A stretch of 64,000 bases of DNA. Source: Hypanus sabinus (lineage: Eukaryota). Shown here in pieces: positions 23,974-34,986 of this stretch. Every line of letters begins with the position of its first letter. Position 1 is the first letter of the stretch. The stretch covers positions 117,180,001 through 117,244,000 of the forward strand of contig NC_082708.1 of the NCBI RefSeq assembly GCF_030144855.1, read 5' to 3'. The notes below the pieces were generated by a model that did no database searches, was not told the origin of the DNA, and worked only from the letters and a program-made list of their open reading frames with translations. The position numbers and the translations under genes were made by a program.

Positions 23974-25496
23974 GCAAACAAATCTGCAGATGCTGGAAAT
24001 TCAAACAACAACACACACAAAATGCTGGTGGAACACAGCAGGCCAGGCAGCATCTATAGGGAGAAGCGCTGTTGACGTTTCGGGCCGAGACCCTTCGTCA
24101 GGACTAACTGAAGGGAAAGATAGTAAGAGATTTGAAAGTAGTGGGGGAGGGGGAAATGCGAAATGATAGAAGAAGATCGGAGGGGGTGGGATGAAGCTAA
24201 GAGCTGGAAAGGTGATTGGCGAAAGTGATACAGAGCTGGAGAAGGAAAAGGATCATGGGATGGGAGGCCTCAGGAGAAAGAAGGGTGGGGGGAGCACCAG
24301 AGGGAGATGGAGAACAGGCAAACAACTAAATATGTCAGGGATGGGGTAAGAAGGGGAGGAGGGGCATTAACGGAAGACATCAATGTTCATGCCATCAGGT
24401 TGGAGGCTACCCAGCCGGTATATAAGGTGTTGTTCCTCCAACCTGAGTTTGGATTCATTTTGACAATAGAGGAGGCCATGGATAGACATATCAGAATGGG
24501 AACGGCACGTGGAATTAAAATGTGTGGCCACTGGGAGATCCTGCTTTTTCTGGTGGACCGAGCGTAGGTGTTCAGCGAAACGGTCTCCCAGTCTGCGTTG
24601 GGTCTCACCAATATATAAAAGGCCGCACCGGGAGCGCCGGACGCAGTATACCACACCAGCCGACTCACAGGTGAAGTGTCGCCTCACCTGGAAGGACTGT
24701 CTGGGGCCCTGAATGGTGGTGAGGGAGGAAGTGTAAGGGCAGGTATAGCACTTGTTCCATCTGTAAACTTACACTACCTCCCTCACCACCATTCAGGACC
24801 CCAGACAGTCCTTCCAGGTGAGGCGACACTTCACCTGTGAGTCGGCTGGTGTGGTATACTGCGTCCGGCGCTCCCGGTGCGGCCTTTTATATATTGGTGA
24901 GACCCGACGCAGACTGGAAGACCGTTTTGCTGAACACCTACGCTCGGTCCACCAGAAAAAGCAGGATCTCCCAGTGGCCACACATTTTAATTCCATGTGC
25001 CGTTCCCATTCTGATATGTCTATCCATGGCCTGCTCTATTGTCAAAATGAATCCAAACTCAGGTTGGAGGACCAACACCTTATAAATCGGCTGGGTAGCC
25101 TCCAACCTGATGGCATGTACATTGACGTGTCTAACTTCCGTTAATGCCCCTCCTCTCCTTCTTACCCCATCCCTGACATATTTAGTTGTTTGCCTGTTCT
25201 CCATCTCCCTCTGGTGCTTCCCCCCTCTTCTTTCTTTCTCCTGAGGCCTCCCGTCCCATGATCCTTTCCCTTCTCCTGTATCACTTTCGCCAATCACCTT
25301 TCCAGCTCTTAGCTTCATCTCATCCCCTCCGGTCTTCTCCTATCATTTTGCATTTCCCCCTCCCCCCACTACTTTCAAATCTCTTACTATCTTTCCTTTC
25401 GGTTAGTCCTGACGAAGGGTCTCGGTCCGAAACATTGACAGTGCTTCTCCCTGTAGATGCTGCCTGGCCTGCTGTGTTCCACCAGCATTTTGTGTG
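23974..25496. mobile_element. Penelope-like element: two inverted 5'-truncated copies (GIY-YIG endonuclease + 3' pLTR)
   Basis: ORFs 24367-24687 (-) and 24818-25144 (+) are near-identical GIY-YIG domains (GVVYC...LYIGET.RRL..RFAEH). Arms ~24013-24737 and 24768-25496. Perfect 14-bp TSD AAAATATTTGCCCA (23960-23973, 25497-25510). Confidence 0.93.
24068..24106 (-). ncRNA. Minimal hammerhead ribozyme motif in PLE pLTR
   Basis: Minus strand reads uaguc-CUGACGA-a-ggguCUCGgccc-GAAA-CGUC-aac. The mirror copy at 25404-25440 (+) is decayed (GAAACAUU). Confidence 0.6.
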
Positions 25497-26169
25497 AAAA
25501 TATTTGCCCACCTCATTTTTACATTTCCCGCATAAATGGTTATCAACAATCCCCATTTTGTAAAGTCTAGTTGGTGTCCAATAATATCTGTGTACTATCT
25601 TATACTGAATAAATTTCCCTCTCACTTCCCTAATATGTCTACCCACATTTGATAAAATACTTGACCACTGATTATCTTCAATATCACTTCCAAGATCCTT
25701 CTGCCATACTGCTTTGAGATTGTTACACAGTTCACCCAGAGTGCTTGAACATTTTATAAAACACTGATGCTTTATGAACTTCCTGTCGTAGTGTATTCAG
25801 TTGAAGAGTTACTTTGTGGGCCACCATTCTTGAATATGCTACTAATGCAATTTGAATGTTTTTGACCATCAGAAGTATTCATTTTTTGATAGCATCCACA
25901 TCTGTCAAAATCTGGTAGTATAGTTTAGAAAAAAAATTAATTTTCAACTATTTTGTGGGTAGGCAAATTCTTACCATCTTTCAGCTCTGTTTCCACACAA
26001 ATATTTACAACCAGCCTCACCCCCAAGTTCTACATGGGAGGAACTATACTAGGCAAATCTGTATTTTCAGAGGCCAGCACTGTATGTGAGTGGTTCACCA
26101 CCTACCATAAATTACATTGTAGGCATTTACAATAGCATAAAAATGAAATATCCAAATTTTTTCATACAA

Positions 26170-26915
26170 ATCTGGATTAGAAAGTGAACTCTGAAGAGAA
26201 TGCAAGACAATTAACTGACTGGAAAAGTAAGAATGAGTATAATGTAGAAAGTAGTAGCAATATTCATTTTGATAGGAAGAACATCAAAGCAAAATGTTTT
26301 TAACTGGTTGGAACTAATAAGTGTTCTTGTGTGGGGGAGTCTTGGTGTGCTGGTTCATGAGGTGAAGAATGCAAAATGCAGGTACAGTGAACAATTAGAA
26401 AGACAATTATCATGTTGGCCTTTATTACAAATGCATTGAAATAAACAGTAAGGTAGCTTTGCTGATATTATACAAACCTTTGGTAAAACTTCATTCAGGG
26501 TATAGCTGTGGATCCTGAGTAACACTTGGAAACAACACAAGATTGCATCCTGGGATAAGGGACAATACTATGCAGGAAGGTAGAACAAGACATGTTCACA
26601 CATATCACTGCACAGGATGAGAAGTTAACCTTACCAAGATTGCACATTACCAGGCAAAACTGACCAGGTAGATGGCCAGACTCTTTCCTCTAGTTACAAT
26701 GTCTAGAAATGGAGGCAGAGTTTCAAATTGATGACTCAGCCTTTTAGGACAAAGTGAAAAGAAATATCTTTACTTAGAGGCTTATAAGTCTTTGTTAACC
26801 CCTACCATAAGAGAACTCTGAATTTTCATTTGTTGAGATCAATAGATTTATGGAGCAAGTAAAAAAAAAGTGGAGGACGCACAGTTAAAGCCATGATCAC
26901 GCTAAATGACAGTGT
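26170..26915 (+). mobile_element. Old CR1 3' fragment
   Basis: Degenerate ML.FI...I.Y / YK.LV / LFPL motifs. The tail continues after the LTR at 27750-27795. Confidence 0.6.
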
Positions 26916-26919
26916 GTGC

Positions 26920-27749
26920 TGTTACATACCCCGTGGGTATATTGTGACTGTCACAAGACCATGATGTAATTGAGTCTTTGCTGAGCATGATGTAATGGTC
27001 TTGTGATGGTGGAGTCATGTAATTTTCCCACCAGTGAGAGGTCATGTGATGGCCTGTTTCAACAGGTATAAATGGGGAAAGCCTTGCTGTGATGCAGGTC
27101 AGTTTGTTGTTTAACTTGTCAGTTACTCCATTATGCTGTGTGTCTGTCTCATTACGCAGTTTTGTTTTAAAGTGGAGTTTTACTTTCTGCCTTAAGTCAC
27201 AAAGGTTATTGCTGGCAGTATTGCTACAATACTGCCAGTCTACTCCAGTCGGAGAGTGAAGATTTATGTAAGTACGGAGACCTGAAGGATTGAGTAAAGT
27301 TGGTGTCGTCATCAGTAATACAGGATCGGCCTTATTGAATCCTCATTTGGAAGAGGTAGTAACCTGCATCCGAGATAGTTCCTGCTATAAGAGCAGAAAG
27401 GGCTGGAGCAGGGTTATTCGCTAAGGAAAGCTCAGTGCCTTTAAGCCGTTTTTATTTCCTTCGTCATAAATCCTTTGGGCAAGGCATATTTCGTCTGGGA
27501 TCAGCAGTAACGTCACGTCGTTGAGGAATTCATTACTTCAGGAAAGTCTCTCCTAATTGACTGTAAATCATTTGGACTTTTGCATTTATCACTTTAAGAA
27601 CTGTTCGAGTTACCATATAGCAGTTAACTTCCGGTTAAGTTAGTCGTTTCTTTATTTTTGCTTTTTTATTGAGCAGTGTTTAATAAATGTTTTATTTGTT
27701 TATAAAAAACCTGTCTCAATTCTATATTTATTGTTACCATGTCATAACA
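26920..27749 (+). mobile_element. Solo LTR (830 bp)
   Basis: TGTTA...TAACA termini. 4-bp TSD GTGC (26916-26919, 27750-27753). TATA-like gtataaat at ~27066 and AATAAA at ~27682. Confidence 0.85.
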
Positions 27750-28379
27750 GTGCAGAATGAGTCCAAGGACTACCTCCAGCTCTGCTTCTTAAGTTCTAAT
27801 GTTTTAAAGATAATTACAAATCAGAATGAAATATAATTTCATTGAATTAATAATGATTATTAATTATCTCTGATTATTACTCAATTGTTCAAAATGGTTC
27901 AAATGATTCAATATCAGAGAATGTGTATAGTATACAACCTGAAATTCTTACTCTTCACAGACATCCATGAAACAAAAGCCCCATAGAATGAATGATAGAG
28001 ACATCAGAATCCCAAAGCCCCCTCTCCTTCCCATGCACAAGCAGAAGCATTAACCCTCCCCCATGTGCTTCAGTATAGATTTTTGTAGTAAACACTTTAA
28101 TATGTTAAAGACAGTATGGTTTTTGTAAGGTAGAGAGACAAGACCAAAGCTTAAAGTTAAAACGGATATTAGTAATTCATCTTCAAACTACTTAAAAATC
28201 TCTACAGAAAAAGCAGGCAATGTACCAAAATTGATAGAAGCAAAATTGTGAATCTACTGGCCAATCTTATCATGAAGATCTAGAAGGTCAGAATATCAAC
28301 ATCTTAAGTGTGCACTTATCACTGACTAAAGAAACTAAGAAAAATATAAAGCACATTTGAGTAATATTACAAAGTCTGT

Positions 28380-30447
28380 GAGTTTTAGAATCATTTTGAT
28401 TTATTAATAATCCATGTGGCAATAAAAAAGTAAACAGAATGAACAACAAAATAAATTGGTTCTAACAATAATGTGCTACAAGACATTCATTAAGATTTAA
28501 ACATATTAACAGTAATGGCTTAAAATCAATAACCTTTATATAGTTACCTAACTCTCAAGAAAATACAGCATTTCAATGAGGATGTATTTTCCCCCAAAAA
28601 AATACAAACTGAAGATGTTTAGAAGCAACAGCAAACCAGGAAAACCACTTGGCAAAGGACATTGGAACCAAAGACCTGATAACCAAATACTTAAGCACAA
28701 GTAAAACCAGATACAAGGAAGAGTTGATCTAATTTGCTCTAACACTAATTGCATCTCACTAATGGCCCCATTATTTCAAAGATAATGCTTGAGAATTTAT
28801 ATTGGAATAATAAAAATTGCATCCCCCATGTTAACATTTAATAAATGAACATATAATTGTCCAAAAGAATTGTGCCTTTAACTGTTGTACTTCTGTAGTA
28901 GGAATCCACCAAAGAGTCTAATTTTAGTTCAGGTTGTAACGCAGCACTTTAGATTATCTAAATGTTCATGTAGAATAAATCAGTGCAGGTCCTCACTTGG
29001 TAACATAAAGTGATATGGAAGCTTCCAGAAATAGGCTGACCAATATTTAATTTAATTTTCAAGATTGTTGACATTAGACAGATTCTCCATTAACTCCAAA
29101 ATATCAACAAACACAATTTTGTTTATCAAATGTAAAATTGGAATTATACTAAATACACCTAGAGGGTTTCCAGCAGAGAGTTGCAGAAGGCTGTATGACT
29201 AATGAATGTAGAATATTCAATATTTTCCACATTCAGTAACTGAGAAACAATAGTATCTACTTTGTGTTTATTTATGTTTCATTTGAATAGGTTAATCTGA
29301 TTGATTTAAGGGCAGTGATGCAATTTGATTGGAGGCCTTCCATTAATTGCCTCGTCAGCCATCAACCGGGCAAAAAAACAATTAAATATATCCACTACTC
29401 TTCAATTCAATTAATGTCAAACACTACAGTTTTAATGGGAACAGGCACTAACAGAGTTATCTTCTGTCCCTTACCCACCAGAACAGCACTTAGATATACT
29501 AAGGAATTCTCAAAGGACAAAAGATAAAAAGCTTGGTGAACTGAACATAGAAAGAGGGACGTAATATTAAAACATTATAGACAGTTTTATGCCATGATGC
29601 TGGGGGAGGGGCATGGGGAATGCTAATGGAAATGCCTAATACAACATTTGAACTTATTTAAGAAAATGAGGATAAACATAAAGAAAACCATCTATATTTG
29701 ACAGTTAAACAACATTTTGAAAAAATAAATGTAACCATCTGTTGTTTATGCCATGAGGATTGTAAATATTTTTTGCCATTTAAAATCATTCATATTCTTT
29801 GTACAAATCGCTGGACTTTTCCTCTTGTATTCATGCAACAATTTTTGTGCATGGAGAAAACAAACAGAGAAATTCAGTTGTACTCTTAAGGCACTTAATA
29901 ACATATATTTTGAATATTAAACAGATATGCAAATTTCTTAAGCATAAATGTTCACTTAATAATTTTCTATTTGTTTTGTCTTCTGTACATTTCATTATAT
30001 GTACAGTACTGTGTAAAAGTCTTAGGCACCCTAGATTTTTATATGGTTTCACATAGTATGGCCTCCACTGAGGCCTGATCTCAACCTGGGATTACTTGGA
30101 GATAAAGAAGCAAATGAAACACAGCCAAAGTCTACAGAAGAACTGTGGCAAGTTCTCCAAGGTGCTTGGAATGACCTACCAGCCGGACTTCTTATAAAAC
30201 TGCACAACAGTGTATCTTAGAAAAGTGATGCAGTTTCAAAGGCAAAAGGTGATCACACCAAATATTGATTTGATCAAGTTTATTTTTACTGTTCACAGCT
30301 CTTTAGAGTATGTTTTTGATATTTGGAAACTTTTCATTTTATTAATTTTGAAAGCATCTTGGCTTTACAGATTATTTTTTACATGTGCCTAATACTTTTG
30401 CACAGTATTGTATGTACACTGATACAAAATAAAAGATTCAACTGATA
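28380..30447 (-). other. Probable SLC10A7 3' UTR
   Basis: AT-rich, largely repeat-poor sequence after the stop. Minus-strand AATAAA at 30338-30343, 30279-30284 and 28400-28405. The true 3' end cannot be determined from sequence. Confidence 0.45.
30004..30410 (+). mobile_element. Non-autonomous Tc1 deletion derivative
   Basis: 26-bp TIRs cagtactgtgtaaaagtcttaggcac and gtgcctaatacttttgcacagtattg, with TA on both sides. Internal transposase C-terminus WPP..PDLN...EELWQVLQ.AW...KAKG.HTKY*. Confidence 0.88.
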
Positions 30448-30486
30448 CTATACAGGAATCTTCACCTGTCTTGAGAGGTTCAGTGC
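30448..30486 (-). CDS. SLC10A7: SLC10A7 terminal coding exon (12 aa + stop)
   Basis: tttctcattcacag|GCA on minus, phase 0. Encodes ALNLSRQVKIPV*, resembling remembered non-mammalian SLC10A7 C-termini (ALKLTRQPKVP-type). Confidence 0.82.
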   Translation of the reverse strand, partial: ALNLSRQVKIPV

Positions 30487-30552
30487 CTGTGAATGAGAAA
30501 ATTACATTTATTTTTGAATCAAATAGCTAATCAACTTCATCTTTCCATCGTA

Positions 30553-31109
30553 CATGGGGTGATTGATAAGTTTGTGGCCTAAGGTAGAAGGAGTCAATTT
30601 TAGAAAACCTAGCACATTCATTTTGCAACACAGTCCCCTCCTACATTTACACACTTAGTCCAACGGTTGTGGAGCATATGGATCATGGACCTCCAGAAAG
30701 TGTCCACAGATGGGTGATTGATAAGTTCGTGGCCTAAGGTATAAGGAGATGAGTTATACAGCTCTTGTTATATGCACATACAGGTCAACTCTTTGAGTAA
30801 TTATGCAGAAAGTTTCAAGTTAATAACTCATCTCCTTCTACCTTAGGCCACAAACTTATCAATCACCCCTGATAAGTTTTCAACGTGCATGTAATGACAG
30901 CTGTATAACTCATCCCCTTCTACCTTAGGCCACAAACTTAGCAATCACCCATCTGTGGACACTTCCTGGAAATCCAAGATCCGAATGCTCCACGACTGCT
31001 GGACTAAGTGTGTAAATGTAGGAGGGGACTATGTTGAAAAATAAATGTGCTAGGTTTTCTAAAATTGACTCCTTCTACCTTAGGCCATGAACTTAACAAT
31101 CACCCTTCG
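30553..31109. mobile_element. Mariner-type palindromic MITE
   Basis: TA-flanked. The outer ~200 bp are mutual reverse complements. The terminal motif gggtgattgataagtt(t/c)gtggcctaaggtagaaggag occurs 5 times (2 forward, 3 reverse). Confidence 0.88.
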
Positions 31110-31289
31110 TATGTACGTGTGTGTGTATATAAGCTATGTGTAGCATTGAATGTTTTTAAAATTGTAAGCAACCAAATAAATTATGAAAGTCATTGCATTT
31201 CCAAAGGTCTTCTTAAAACCAGGTTCTGTTTCAGCTTTAAGAAAAACATGGTGGAGTGAGGTATTAAATCGACTGCTATTGAGCCCTAA

Positions 31290-32420
31290 GAAATAGGAGC
31301 TGGAGAAAGCCCCCTCTGTCAATCATTAAGATCCTGGCTGACCCTACAGTTCAATACCATTCTCTTGCACTGTTCCCATTTGAGAGTCACAGCACTGAAA
31401 TAAGGCCCTCGGCTTATCATGTCTCTGCCCACCAAAACTCCTTGAGAACCCACTGTTTTGAATGCAATCACTGAGCCTCCGTATTTCAAAGATCGACCAC
31501 TCTTTGTGAATGAGGAAATTTTATCTCACCTCTGTCCTGAATGACTGCCCTGGTTTTAGGATCCTCTATTAGGCGAAACATTCATTTTACATCCAGCCGG
31601 TTGAGCCTTGTAAGAATTTTGTATGTTTCAATGAGATCTCCTTTCATTCAGCTAAACTCTGAAGAATCCAGGTCTGGTCTAGTTGTCATAAAGCAAACCT
31701 GCCAGCCCTGGAATTAGTATAGTGAATCCTCACTGCACTCCCTCTACGGCAAAGTATATTGTATACATTTTGTTTACGTAGGGAGATCAAAAATTGTGCA
31801 CAACATTCCAAGCTAGTCTCACCAAGGTCCGATACAATTGTAGTAATACTCATTTATTCTTGTACTAACATTCTCTTACATTTCGGCTTTCAGCAACTTG
31901 CGCTCAAGGACAACCCATGAACCTTAACATTACTCAAACTCTCACCATTTACAACTTTTCTACTTGGTACACCAAAGTGGAAAACTTCACAAGTTTTCAC
32001 ATTGTATTCCATCTGTCATGATCTTCTTACTAATTTAACTGACCTGTTTCTTTTAGATGCCTCTTTACCTCACCATCCTAAGCACAATCCACCAAGTTGA
32101 GCATTGTCAGTAAATTCAGAAATATGACACCTTACTGAGGGGACCCTCAGTAAAATTGTTGAAAAATATCATGTAAGTTGGAGCAGAAACATCTATCCAT
32201 GTAGTATCCCATTAGTCAAAGCTCACTTATCTGAGATGGAAAAATCTATTCCCACTCTTTACCTTCTGCTTGATAACCAATTCTCATCCATACACAGTAT
32301 ACTACCCTCCATTCCATGTGCTTTAATCTTGTTGACAAACTTTTGAGCCCTTAATCCAAACCAGCTGACTATCCAAATATGCCACATTCACTGGTTCACT
32401 TAAGATTATTCCAAGTTCAC
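31290..32420 (-). mobile_element. Old CR1 fragment
   Basis: Degenerate CR1 3' end on minus (gtttcaatgagatctcctttcatt, ggtctcaccaagg-like). Confidence 0.65.
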
Positions 32421-32429
32421 ATCCTCAAA

Positions 32430-34200
32430 ATTAAACTGCATAGTAAACCATATGGGGAGGAATGAGTGGACAATGGAGTCACGTAGAGAGCAATCCCTAT
32501 GGAAATCCAAGGGGCGGGGGGGGGGAACGGGTGCGAGGTGGGACAGAGTAGGTAAGGACAAGAGGAACCCTATCCTTGTTATGACAATGACAGGGCAGAT
32601 GTGTGTGAAATGATGGAGATGTCGCTGCCGGATTCTGAAGATTTTGATCCAAGATTCTTTTAGAAGTCAAGAAGGAGGCATAAAAATTGTTGCTTGACAA
32701 TTGTTTCATTAAATGTTAACATTGGAAGTGGGCAGTTCTAGTAGGGGAAGGGAAAGCAGAAGCAAAAATGGTGGGCCAATATTTTCAGCCCTTCTTATAC
32801 CTCATAGATAAGAGGCATACCATTCAAATTTGTAGGTAAGTGTTAACCAATCAGATAACCCTTATTCAAATAATACACTACCAAGAAGCTTCCAGAAAGA
32901 GACAGAGCTGTAACCAGCAGGCGACCCACTGAACAGTTGCATATACATACTGTGATCCCTAGAAAATATACTAAACACTTACATGTATAGTATATAGGTA
33001 ATTAAATAAAACACAAACAAATAGCTAATAGTTAACTGCAAATAAAATAACAATTATTCAGTCTAATCCAACACTGGTGAAGGAAGCATTTAGAGTGGTA
33101 GAAGAGAAACTACATTTTCTTTCAAAGAGAGGACATCTTCGATATTCTGGAAATGGAAAGCCTCATTCTGAGAACAGATGTGGTGGAAACAGAGCAACTG
33201 CAAGAAGGGAATTGCAGTTTTATAAGTGACAGAATGGGAAGAAGTATAGGCTAGATAACTGAGAGTCAGTAGGTTTGTAAAAGATATCAATAGATATTTG
33301 TATGTGGAGATGGAGACAGAAAGATTGAGAGAGTTGTCAGAGATGGACCGAATAAATATGAGGGCAGGGTGAAACTTGGAGGCAAAGATGATGAAATTGA
33401 TGAGCTCAGCAGGAGCACAGGAAGGAGCACCAGTACTGTTGTCCACATAAGAGTTGAGGAACGATACCAGTGTGGGCTTGTTTCCAGGTAGCAATGAAAA
33501 AAGCAGGCATAGCTGGGTCCCATATGAGTCCCTGAGAAAGTGGAAGGAGTTGAAAGAAAAATTATTGAGGGTGAGGAGCAGTTCCACCTGGCAGAGGGGC
33601 ATGGTAGTGGAGAACTAGTCATGTCTATCATCCAGAAAGAAGTGAAGAGCTTTAAGGCCTTCCTGATGGGGGATGGAAGTTTACAGGGACAGGATATCCA
33701 TAGTGAAAATAAGTCATCGGGGAGAACATGTGAAATGCCATGGATATAGGTAGGAAAGGAGTGAACCAAGAGGGAGAAAATGAAGTCACAGTATGTGGCC
33801 ATAGTTCATTAGAACAGAAGTAGGAATAAATAACAGCCATACCCAGACAGGTAGGTTTGTGGAGCTTGGGTAGAAGGTAGAGATGATCAGTGTAGTGTAC
33901 GGGAGCTATGAAGTTGGTCGCAGTAGATGGGAGATCTCCAGAGTTGAAAAGGTTAGTGATGGTGTATGAGACAATGACCTGATGCTTCTTAGTAGGATCC
34001 TGTTTAAGGGGTAAGTAAGAGATATGTGAGTGATGCCACCTGGCCTCAGCAAGATAGAGGTCAGTCCACCCTGGTTTAATGGTAAGGTTGGGATTGGAGT
34101 GGAGGCTAGTGCATTTACAAGGAGTGAGGTTAGAATAGGAGAGTGGAGTGGCCAAGTTGAGATGATTGATGTCTCATGAGCAGTCGGAGATATAAAGTGG
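32430..34200 (-). mobile_element. Old Penelope-like element, RT relic (interrupted ~32640-33075)
   Basis: LYLLPKLHKP, LLLTLNNFSFN, GTHMGPSYAC, KTAIPFLQ, KDRVPLVLTY motifs of PLE RT/thumb/linker. Confidence 0.8.
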
Positions 34201-34840
34201 GCAGAAGGCCAGACCAGGGTTTTTTAGTGTTCTGGGATCTTTTAATGTGCACATCATTTGACAGATAAATGATAACATATAAACAACTATGATAGAAAAG
34301 TAGGTGAATTGTGTCATTGGCCTACATTCAACAAAGGTCACTGAATTGAGTTGTTAGCTCTGCTTCCACAGATGCCACCTAACCTAATGTGTATCTCCAT
34401 AATCTTCTGTTTCTATTTCACATTTCCAGCTTCTCCAGGTCTTCTTACTTAACAAAAACTCGGAAGTTGGCACCACTCTAATATTTCCTGATTAATTGTT
34501 TTTGTACTGTAATACGTAGTTTTGCCTTCTGAAGTTGAAGCAAAAAAGGAGAAGATGGGTTCAGAGGTACAATGGCAATGGGGCAAATCACTCTGTAGTT
34601 GGAAAATTTTAAGGAATCTTTGAAGTAGTGCAAAGGTTTCAGAATTTACCAGAACTGCAATAAGAATTAGAGTAAGTTACATCAAACAAGTAGATGTACA
34701 TCATGCCATCTGAACTCTACTACAGTGAAACAAACCAAGCAGATAAATGTTTGCATAATCCTTCATTTAAAAAAAAACAGAATACATTTCTAATAAACTC
34801 AAATCATTTTAGGCTACTTATCTGGCTTAGAAGGTCTTAC

Positions 34841-34986
34841 TTTTTGACGAGAGACCATCCAGGATTGCACTGTTCCAACTAACAGACCACCGAGTAAAAT
34901 CTGGGTGGGATGATAGATGAGTAATGGAACTGAAATGAGGGATAAATGTTCATAACCTGAAAATACTATCTTCAGCATTGGGATTC
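34841..34986 (-). CDS. SLC10A7: SLC10A7 penultimate coding exon (146 nt)
   Basis: ttgcag|GA...AAA|gtaaga on minus. Encodes (G)[48 protein letters not shown]. Phase 1 to 0. Confidence 0.97.

Larger units (their letters stand above)
23620..25900 (-). mobile_element. L1/Tx1-clade LINE 3' fragment, split by the PLE insertion at 23974-25496
   Basis: KFIQYKIVHRYYWTPTRLYKMG...CGKCKNEVGKYF joins GMIWEC..VRQFW...LG across the insert, giving the C-terminal Zn-knuckle region of L1 ORF2. Confidence 0.8.

Noticed and set aside
24367-25144. GIY-YIG ORFs as host nuclease genes or a toxin/defence pair
   Set aside because: They are 5'-truncated PLE ORF ends within a TSD-flanked insertion, with no promoter or splice context.
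26902-27312. 136-aa ORF
   Set aside because: Antisense within a solo LTR, with no protein motif.
30553-31109. CRISPR-like repeat array
   Set aside because: Repeats are in mixed orientation, spacers are themselves palindromic partners, and the unit is TA-flanked in a eukaryotic context. It is a MITE.
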